A stretch of 64,000 nucleotides of DNA, from positions 96,001-160,000 of IMG/VR virus record IMGVR_UViG_3300045988_126112. One strand, written 5' to 3'. Within the stretch, counting starts at the first letter, position 1, and every line of letters starts with the position of its first letter. The notes under the pieces are model-generated. The model was given only the letters and a program-made list of their open reading frames with translations. It made no database searches and had not been told where the DNA came from. The DNA comes from a virus. Of the stretch, positions 27,501-39,500 are shown in pieces. The translations under genes were made by a program, and so were the position numbers.

Positions 27501-30500
27501 TAATGTTTACCTTTAGTTTCAGTATAATAATTTAAAGGATCGACTCCATTACGACTCTTACTTGTACCACCTTTTAGAACTTCTAAATGAACATGAGGAC
27601 CACTAACATGACCAGTAGCACCAGAAATACCTAAAAGTTGACCTTGTTTAACTGAATCACCTTTCTTAACTTTTTTACTCTTCATATGAGCAACTCTATA
27701 GAATGTATTACCACTATTAGTTTTTATAGTCAATGAATTACCATAAGAACTATGTTCATTTTCACTATATACAGTTCCTGATTTAGGAGCATATAATGGT
27801 TGGAAATGAACGTTATAGTCTAATGCACCATGGTCACCTCTAGCTGTAGCATATTGAGATCTTTTTTCACTAAAGTAAGAAGTTATACTTCCTTTACTTG
27901 GATCACAGAAATAACCCCAATCTACACCTTCACCCATACCATAATAAGGATTAGTTAAATCTACTATATCTGGACCTTTACCTGCACTTCCATCTTTACC
28001 CATAAATGTAATATTACCTTTACAGTTTTGGAAGTTTTTATAATCTGATGCACTAACTAGAATATCTATTCTATATACACCATTTACAATTTTTATAGCT
28101 CCACCTCTATCTGTAACTGTATATATTTTACCATCTAATGATGTACCAGTATTTGATATCTTTATTTTAGTACCAACAGGAACATCTGCAGGAGCAGCAC
28201 AAGTTTGTTCAGCAGGGTTTAGAGGATTACCTTTACAATCATAGAATCCACCTTCCATAGAATCGTTATGAGGATAGTATGCTGTAAAAGATGCTTTAAC
28301 AGATTTACCAACTTTATAGTTAGTACCTGTATATCTAGTACATTCACTTCCAGGTGAACCAGAAGAACTACTAGATGTAGTATCTGTACTTGCTTCACTA
28401 ATATCAAATCCAAATAATTTCTTACCAAAGTTTATAGCAGCTGTAGCCATATCTCCGAAGAAATCATCACCATTGCTACCAGTAGCTTCAGCACCAGTAT
28501 CTTCACTAACACCTTCACTTGAAGATCCACTACTTTCTTGACCGTCTGTACTTCCTACTTTCTTAACTTTACTTTCATCTACTTTATAAGTTTTATCACC
28601 TATTTTGAAAGCAAATCTAAATCCAGTACTAAGTTGTGATTCAGATCTAGCACCTGAGAATCTAGAACCTCTAGGGTCATTTATTACATAACCATCTTTA
28701 GTTTTACCAAACAATGCTAAATAATGTCCATTAGGTCCATATGGAGTTAATAAACAGTTTTTAGACCAGTTTGAACTCTTAGAGCATCTACCATCTATAA
28801 TTAAAGGATAACCTTTAGCAGCTAATTCTTTAGTTTTTGATAATGAACTAATATAAGTTACACTTGTATTATATTTTTTACCATAGTAATTAAATAATCT
28901 TGAAGAATCTGTTACACCAGCAGTAGGACTCCATCCATGACTCTTTCCTTGTGCACACATATCTTTAGGATTTAAAGTTTTACCAGTTACTTGCCCAAAT
29001 GCCATTGCAGCTGAAGTTGGACCACAACCAGCTTTTAATATATTTCCTCCAAATGCTACTTGAGACCAATAAGGGAATCCATTTACATATGTTAATGTAG
29101 TAGGGTCTGAACCTTTACCAGCAAAATTTGGATCTTCTAAAGCTAAAGCTTTACTATCTTTGCTAGATAACATAACTTGTTCAGCATCTTTAATATCTTC
29201 TTTATAACCTGTATCACCAAACACCCATGCATGTTTAAATCCTTTCTTTAATTGACTTTCATCATAAGATTTAGAACCATTAATACTTGATGGGTCATTT
29301 ACTATATAACCATTTTTATTACGACCAAACATTGCAACTATATGTCCATCTGAATCAGTTCCATATAAATTACCACCTTCACCAGATATAACCATTGGAA
29401 CTCCACGACTAGCATATTGTTTTATTTGTTCGAAATTATCAATTGATTTAACTTTTATTCCATATTTGTTTCCTAAATATGGGAACATTGAATCTGTTGA
29501 ACCATTATCATCATAAACTCCTGCATTGTAAGTTTCATCTGCTACTTCATTAGGAGTTATCATTTTACCAGTAACTTTACTTAAAACCATTGCAGCTGAA
29601 GTTGGACCACAGCCAGTTTCACTAAGTTCTGGTTTCTTTTTATCTGTATTATAATCTTTATATTGGCTAAAATAAGGGAAGTTATTTACTCCTAAATAAG
29701 AATCGTCAGTTTGAGAAACCTCAGCTGGATCTTTACCTTTACCAACGTATTCTCCTTTACCAAATAATCCACCAAACCAGTTAAGACCACTAGCTACAGC
29801 ATTTTTAACAGTATTGTAAACATTACCAACAGCGTTACCAGCTTTCTTAACTACAGATTTAACACCACTTGCTACATTATGAACAACATTACTTACACCA
29901 CCAGTTACTTTACTAAATAATGATTGTGCACCATTTTTTATTTTATTAAGTATTCCACCTGAAGCAGATGTTGAACCAGTTAGATTTTCAGCTATACTAG
30001 TTATAGTATCTGTAGTGGCATTTGTAGACATAGATTTAAGATTAAATTCTTTAACTATTTTATCAGCTTGTTTCTTTAATGTATCAATATCTTGAGGACC
30101 TTCACCAAATACTGGCATTACATAATCTTGTATTAATTTTGCCCAATCTGTATTTGGAAGTAATTTATCTATTACGAATCTTCCATTTATAGTAGCTAAT
30201 ATTGCAGCACATGCTTTCATACCAGTAGTATAAGTATCATAAATACCTATATATTTAGCTGGATTATTAAATGCATTAACAAAATTAGATATTAAGAAAG
30301 ATATATTACTTACATTAGCATTAGATACTATTGCTCTAAGATATCTATTTAGGTTAATAGATTTATTCTTTTCACAATTCATTTTTAATTTCTTGATTAC
30401 TTGTGGAACAAAGTTTCCTAAAAGTACACTTGCTGCACTATATTGACTACTACTAGCATCACCAAGTAAATTAATTATAGTATCATTATTAAATATTTTA

Positions 30501-33500
30501 GTAAATATTTCTTCTAATACTTTACTAGCACTTTCAATCATACCAGTACCACTAACAGATTTTGTAATATGATTTAATGCTAAAGTACTTTTCTTACGGA
30601 ATGAAGAACTTAAAGCAGATGGAGCTACAGATTTTATAGTATTTCTTACATTGCCTATAACTCTTTCACTTGAAGGAACTGAATTAGAGCTATCATCATC
30701 GCCTTTACCGAAAGACCAAGAATCTCTAAATCCATTCATTAATTCTTCTTTACTATAAGCTTTAGAATATTTCTTACCTCTAGGGTCATTTACTAAATAA
30801 TTACCATTTTTATCTTTACCAAATACAGTAACTATATGACCAGCTTTAGTATAAGGACTATCTTCACCTTTTCCTAAAGTACCAGATACTGCTGTTGGTA
30901 TACCAGCACTAACCATTTTATCAAATTTTTCAAAGTTTCCACCTGAAGATACAGTTTTAACACCATATTTTTTAGCTTCAGTAGCAAACATATTACCTCT
31001 AGCACCTTCAGAATCCCAAGTCTTATTCTTATAAGCATCTTTAGCTATTGATTCTGGAGATATGTCTTTACCAGTTACTTTACTTAAAGCCATTGCTGTT
31101 GAAGTTGGACCACAACCAGCATCATTTATCATTTGTCCAAATTGTCCAGAAGCTTGTTTTTGTGAGAAATATGGATTACCATTAACTACGTCACCTTCAC
31201 CTTTACCAACTTTCATACCATTTACAGTTTTTATATCTGATACTTTTGCATTAGTATCTTTGCTAGGTTTTTTAGTGAATACATTTTTTACACCATTTTT
31301 AACAGTATCCCATGCATTACCAGCAGCTGATTTAGCATCATTCCATTTATCACTAACCCAATCTTTAGATTTCATAACCCAACCAAATTTATTTTTAAAC
31401 CAATCTAATAGGCTTTGGAATCCTTCACCTATAGCTTTAATTGGATCTTGTATAAATTTAGAGCACCAGTCTTTAATATCATTAAATTTCTTTCCTATTC
31501 CATCAAGTACAGGCTTGATATTTTTATCATACCAACCACTTAATTGTTTAGTAAGACCATCTAATATACCTTTACCCCAATCACTTATACTATTGTATAA
31601 TGAACCAATCATTTTTGGTGTATCTACTATACCATTAGCAGCAGCACTTAAGCCTTTAGCCATTAAGTTAGCTCCGCCTTTGACTCCACTAAGTAACATG
31701 TTTCCAGTCCAATTCTTAGCAGTATTGAACCCGTTTTCTAACATCTTACCACCAGCACCTATACCATTTATAGCTTGATTTCCTAACCATTTAGCTCCAT
31801 TCCATAATTGACCAGCACCATTACCCATAGCTGTTAAAGCTCCAGCCATTTTATCTCCAGCCCAATTAATTCCATTATCATTAACCCATTTAAGACCTTC
31901 AAGTGCTTTACCACCTACCCATTTATTTACATCTACCCATTTACCAATACCTTTAAGTGTAGCTTGATCAAGCCATTTAAGTCCTTTAATTGCTTTACCA
32001 CCAAGATTTTTAGCACCATTACCTATCCATTTACCAGTTTCACTAATTTTTCCACCTGCCCATTTAGCAGTATCTTTAGCTCTATCAAATAAACCTTTAT
32101 GACCTTTTACTTCTTTATTATATTCTTCTAAACTAAAATTAGTTCCGTTCTTTTCATTGTATTCTTTTAATTCTTGTTGTGCTTGAGCTTGTTGTTGTTT
32201 AATATTACCCATATCAACACCAATACCACTTAATACATTAATTAATATTGACATTATAGTTTTTGTAGGTAATAATGTAGCTATTATAGATAATCCTTGT
32301 ATAGTTTTAACAACACCAGAAATTATTCTGTACCCAAATGGAACATTGTCTTCGGTAATTCCCATTATATTTCTTGCATCTTTAAAACCAGATATGAAAT
32401 CATAAACAGCGAATCCTAAAGTTACTAATCCACCTGTTCCTATACCACCAACTACTCTAGCTAATGCAGTACCAGACATTTTTACAGCACCTTTAGATAT
32501 TACTTCTAACATCTTAGGAACAGCTCTTTCTAATAAAGCTTTAGCAACTGGAATATTTTTAACTTTACCTAAAAGATTTACTACTGTTGAATTAGTAAAT
32601 AATTTTGTAAATTGATTCTTAGCCCAGTTTAATAATTGACTTACTAAACCACTATTAGCAACATTAGTTAATATTTTGCCTTCCATTTTATTTGAAAGAC
32701 CACCACGTTTAGCTATACGTTTAGCATCCATTTTTAAGAATTTATTTCCTAAAATTTTACCACCAGCATTAGTAACAGTTTTAGCTCCTTTTACAGCTCC
32801 TTTTACAGAAGTCTTTACTGGATGTAATATAAAGTCTTTAGCTGTTTTAAATCCAGCTCTAGCTATATCTTTAGCTCCACCTTTAAATCCAGATTTTACA
32901 GCTCCTTCAGTTATTTCTTCAACTCCTTCTTTAGATAAAGATTTAGTTAAAGTTTTAACTTCTCCTTCTTTAGCTATATTTTTAGCTACAGAAGTTTTAA
33001 CAGCACTAGCATATCTAGCACCTTTTCTAACTGTACTTCTTACAGCAGTATTACCTATAACAGCAGCTGCTGATGTAGTACCTTTTCCACCTTTATTTAC
33101 AGGATTACCATTTTCATCATAAGTAACTTCTTGGTCATCAGTTCCTATATCCCATCCCATACCTTTAAGTATTGATGGTATTAATTCTGAACCTATAAAT
33201 TTAACAGTTCCTTTTAATAATGATGGTATTTCTTGAACTAAAAGAACTAATCCATCTTTAAGTCTTGGTAATGCTTCTTCAGTTAACCATGGTTTTATAG
33301 TAGTATCCCAGTTTTCAGATATTGCTGGACCTATTTTAGTTTTAAATAAATCAATTATTTCTGGAAGATACATTAATCCACCTATAACTAAAGCACCTTT
33401 TCCTATAGTACCAAATATCCCTCTAGTGAATAATCCTCCTATAGCACCTCTACCTAATATACCACCTAATAATCCTTTAGCTCTTCCAAGTAAGCCTTTA

Positions 33501-36500
33501 CCTATACCTAAAGCCATAAGTAATTTACTTAACCAACCACCAGATTTCTTTTCTTCATCTTCTTCTTTTTCATTTTTCTTAAATAATCCAGAGAAACTAT
33601 CATAGAATGCTTCTTGTTTTTCTCTTAATCTTTGAGCTATTCTAATTGATTTTCTAGTTGATGAATCTGTTGAATCTGTTTCATATTGACCAGTTTTACT
33701 ATCACGTTTCATTACAACTTCATTACCTTCAGCATCTAATATAGATTTCTTCATGTCATCAGATAATCCGTCTTTAACTTCACTAGTATCTACTGATTTT
33801 TTAATTTTTTCAACTGCTGTTTCATCTTGTTGTTTCTTAGCTTCTTCTTCACCAGTTTTCTTTACTTCATCTTCTTTAGCCTTTTTAGCTTCAGCTTCTT
33901 CTCTATATTGTTTCATTATATCTTTATATGAAACTGTACGATATTTCTTAACATAAGTTTGTAAATCAGCTAAAGGCATTTTTCTAACAAAATCAGGTTG
34001 ATCATCTAAAGATTTAATACCAATTCTTCTTAATAGTATTTGACGTTTCTTTTGATCTAAAGATAATACTTGTTCATCTCTATGAACAGCATCATCTAAT
34101 TCTATTTTAGAATTAGCTCTTCTTTGTTGGAATTCATCTCCAGTTTTAAAATCTCTTATTTGTTCAAGTAACTTATTAGTTTCGTCTTGTTTATCAGTAA
34201 GAGATTTATTAAGATCTGTAATACCTTTGATTATTTCAGTTATCTTCTTATTTCTCTCATCATCTTTAATATCTTCTGGAGTTATAACTTTACCTTTAAG
34301 ATTTCTAAGTCTATCTTCAGATATCGCTAATTTACCAAAAGTTTCTAAAGATAATTCTTTTCCTAATTTTGTTGAATTTCTAGCTAATTCTTTTACTTTT
34401 CTTTCATAAGCATTTTTACCTTTTTCTTTATCAAGTCTTAAATCTTCAGTTATTTTAAATTCATTCATTAAGTCCATTATCTTATTAAAGTCAGCATTAT
34501 CATCTAATTTAATTCCTTGATCTTTAGCAAGTTTTCTTAAATAATTTATAGCCATTTCAGATTGACCATAATTTAATCCACCTAAGATTATATTTCTATC
34601 TTTAATCTTTAATTTACCATTTGCACCGATATTCATATTTTTAAGTAAAGCTGTTATTTCTTTTCCAGCTTTTATTTTATTCTTTTCATATTCTTTATCA
34701 GTAACACCAAAAGCTTTATATTGATTAACAAATTCTCCAAGTTGGTCATTTGTCATTGATGCTAATATTTTATCAGCTTCATCATTATTATAACCATTAT
34801 CTTTTACCTTCTTATTATATTTATCTCCATATATATTTTGAAGGTATTCTTCACGAGTTACTTTACTATTTGGATTAGCTTTCTTATAAGCTTCAAATTG
34901 TTCATCAACTTGATTTTTTACATTATCAGCAGCTTCTTTTCTTTCATAGTAAGTATCTCTTAATATCCTAGAACCATAATATTTTTTATAATTTGAAGTG
35001 TCTTTAAGCATATTTTGCATAACTTTCTTACTTTCTTCGTCTTTAACATCTCCAAATCTTTTCTTAATTAAATCTTGAGCTTGATCATGGAAACCAGTTC
35101 TCATTAAGAATCTTAATTTATTGGCATCTTTTTTACCAAATCTTTTTTCCATTTCTTCTGCAGCATTATTAAATGAATCTCTTTTAATCTTTTGAGATTG
35201 ATCATAGAAGAAATCCATTTCATTTTGATTATTCATATAATTAAGTCTTTCTTCTGCTGTCATATCATCAGCTGTACCAACTCTTATTTGATGTCTTTGA
35301 GTTGCACGTCCTATTCCACCTAGTATTCTAGCTGGAGTAGATATAATTCTACCAACTGTTCCTAATAAACGTTTACCTAAATTCTTAAATGGACTAAATA
35401 TAGTACTTAAGAATTTACCAACTTTTTCTTTTATTGGAACAACTAAAGTTTTATTGAAGAAATTAATTATACCTTTAGCTATACCACCAAATACTGTTTT
35501 AAACATTATACCAATTTGTTTTGTTATAGGTTTAAAAGCATCTTTTAATGGTTTTAATATATCACGTTTAGCCCAATTAATAAATGGACTAAATATTTTA
35601 TCTTTCATGAAACCTATTAATCCACCTTCTTGTTCTCCAGTTTGTGGATTATAAGTACCAAATATCATTTCTTTAAATTTATCTGTAGTTGATGCATATC
35701 CTAAAGCTGAACCTATTAAGATACTACCAAGTACACCAAATGGACCACTTAGATGTAACATGTTTAATCCAAATCCTACACCAGCACCTGCTAATATATT
35801 AGGAAGATTCTTCTTAAATTTATTCCATCTATCTTCTCCTATAATACCTGTTTCTCCGAATAATCTATTTTGTATAGTTGCATTATTTTTAGCTACACCT
35901 AATGCAGATCCTATTAATAATCCAGGAACTGGACCTAAAGGATTTAAAGCAGTAAAGCCAGAAAGTAAACCAACTATACCATATTTTTTCATATCTGGGA
36001 ATGTTTTAGCAACTGTATTGACAAAGTCTTTAGGTAATAATCCTCCTTTACGTCCGATATAATTACCATCTTTATCAAATTCTTTTTCACCAAATAACAT
36101 TGCTTGTACTTTTGCACTATTTTTAGTTAATGCTATACCAGAACCTACAGCTGCTCCTAATAATGGACCACCTATAAATCCTGTAAGTAATGATGCTCCA
36201 CCACCTAATAATGCTCCAGATACAACATCTGGTCCATATAGTTTAGCTTCACCCATTACTTCTTTCATTGCATTTGCTGATACTTTTTTATCTTTCTTAC
36301 CGTCTTTATCTCCAACAATAGCTTCCATAGTTTTATTAATAGCTCTTTTATAAACTTGGAATGTTTCAGAGAATATATTAGTATAATCTCCTGCTACACC
36401 TTTATCAGTTTGATTACCAGAATTATTAATAACTCCTTCATTACGTTGATTCAAGGCTTGTTGAGTTATTTTAGCTATTTTTACAAAGTGTTTTTGTTGG

Positions 36501-39500
36501 TCTTCATTATCTAAATTAGCAAAATCATTACCAACTTCTCCACTTCTTCCAAGCATAGATATTATAATATTAGGATCTACATTATCAGCTCCCATTACAG
36601 CAGCTATATTTTGATATAAATATTTAGCTTGGTCATGCACTTTATTATCTTTCCATTTACCTGATTGAACTTTAGCCATAGCTTCTCTTATTTGATTAGC
36701 TATTTGATTACGTTTATCACCTGTAAGTGAAGGAACAACAGTTTCACCTTTACCTACTATAGCTAATTGATCTTTATCTATTACTCCACCTTTAGCAAAT
36801 CCTGGTATACCAACTCTACCAAAATATCCTTTAACTGCATTTTGTATATCAGTAGTTAATCCATCCATAAAATCATTTAATACTGCTTGTTCATTTCCTG
36901 CTTCTATATTTCTTAAAGGATTTTGCATAAATGGTGTTATTCTAGGACCAGGTTTAAATTGGTTCTTATTACCATTTCCTTGTAAAAGATTTAATATTTG
37001 TTTCAAAGTACTATCTATACTTTCAGTAGTAGAAGTTTGAGTTTGCATAGATTCTTTTATAAATTTATTATCTGTAATAAATTTAGAACCACCTTCAGTA
37101 AGATTATCAGACCAAGGTCTATCTTTATCTAATTGATCTTCAGGTCTTTCTTTAGATTGATTATATTTCTTAATTCTATCAAAAGCATCTAAAGCTTCTA
37201 TATCTTCTACACCATTACCAGTATCTAAAGTTCCATCTTCTTTTAATCCTAATGCATCAGTAATAAATTCTGTAAGTTCATTAAATGTATCTTCAACATC
37301 TTCTATTTGTCTAGATAATTCTTTTATACGTTTATTAGCTGGAGCATTTTCAGACATTTTATAACCTGTACCTTTTTTATTATATATCTTTTGTTTAGCT
37401 CTTATAGCAACATCTTTCTTATCACTTATATCTTTTATAACACTATCTTTTTGACCTAATATATCTTTAATAGTTATACCTTCAAAATTATCAGCATAAT
37501 TTGAATCTCTATCTTTAAATAATTTATCTATAGATTTAGATACAAAATCATACATATCTCCATCTTCGCTGCCTAATATTCCTGCAAATGAATCAAGTAA
37601 TTTTTGTTTAGCAGTTTTATCATATTGTAAATCTAATCCAGCTATAGATCTTGGATCATTTTTATTAAGATTAGATTCACCAGTTTCAATCATCTTTTCT
37701 ATTTCAGCTATTTGTTTATTTAAATCTTCTGATTCTCCATTAAGAGAAACTTCACTTAATAAACCTTGATATCTATTATCTAATGTAGCTAAATATCTTA
37801 ATGCTGGTAAACTCATATCATTTGAACGAATTGATTGTTCAATTTGTTTAGTCAATTTATCTATTTTTTGTTTTTCTATCTTTTGTAATAATTCGGTATT
37901 GACTTTTCTCATACCATTCTTTTTACCATCTTTAGTAACTCCATTAAAGTTTCTAAATCTACCTATCTCAGTACCGTTTTGTTTTTCTAATTCTTTAAGT
38001 CTATCTTGAGATTTCTTTAATTGATCAACAACATTCTTATCTTTACCAGTTAACATTTCTTCAGCTAATCTACGTTGTTCTTCTATTGGAAGATTTTTAA
38101 ATTCAGAGCTTTGGAAATATTCATAAGCTTGTTCATTAAGAACATTTTGTCTTTGTCCTATATCATATTTATTAAAATTATTCTTATTAATAATATTCTC
38201 TCTAGCATTATCATAATCTAATAATTCTTGTTCGATATTTTGATTACTATCTCTCATTTCTTTTAATCTTTTCATTGCTTTATCTAATCTGTCATTAAGT
38301 TTAGCTATTGTATCTTTACATTTCTTTATTTCAGCTTTGACTTTTTTAGCTTTAATTTGTTGCTGTTTATTTCTACTTTTTCTTAAAGCTAAATATTGAG
38401 TATTGTAATCATTTAAATCTTTAGTAACTGATCTAATTTGTTGTCTTAAAGTCATTACTGACATATTAAGAGATCTATATTCTTTTATATCTTTTAAATT
38501 CTTAGTTTCTTCATCTAATTCTTTTAATTCAAGTTTAATATTATTTATATCAAACATATCATTTATATTATTAGATTCACCACTTTGAACTTTTCTAGCA
38601 TGCTCAATACTTCTCTTAGTTTTATCAAATTTTTGTTTTCCATTAAGATTATCATAATTATCAAAATCATAATTTCTTAATATCTTTGTAACTGTTGTAG
38701 TTATATCATCTTCATCAAATTCTTCTTGATTATTATCTTCTTTCTTTTTATCAAAAAAGTTTTTAGATTTGAATAAATTAGTTAATGGGCTAAATACATC
38801 TTTAACAGAATCAGTTATAGAAGTACCGATACCTTTAAGAGTATCACTCATTTTTTCTCTAACTTGTTTAAAGAAATCTTTAGCTCCTTGTTTCTTTTCT
38901 TCCAATCCAAACATTTCAGATATCTTACCATATATACCTTTTATAAGTCCTTTATCTTTATCTAATCCTAATCTATCTTTTAATGGATTAAGAATCTTTT
39001 CATCCATAAATTCATTGAAATGATTAAAAGATTTTTTCATTTCAAAAAGTAAATGATCTAATATGCCTTTAATAGATTTCTTACCATTTTCTCCTTCTTT
39101 ACCATATATTAATTCAAATAATCCTTGATCTACTTTTACAGCTAAATCAGTCATTATTGAAGAAGGACGTTTAATATATTTTTGAGCTTTTTCAGCAAAC
39201 TTATCAAATTTAGAACTAAATGATTTACCACTTAATCCCATTTCTTCTTTAAGTTTATCAAATTCAGTCTTTTCTTTTTCAGCTTCTTCTCTAAGTTTAT
39301 CTTTATTTTTATTAGTTTGAACGTTGCTTCTAACAGCTCCTCTAACAGTTTCATCATCTAAATCAGATATATTAACTAATAATTCTCCTTTTTCTAATCT
39401 TCTAGCTTGTTGTCTTAAAAATGTTTTATTAGCTCTATCTCTTTCAAGTGCTTTTTTAGTACTTTCACTCATCTTTTCATTTTCACTTCTTGTATCTTTT

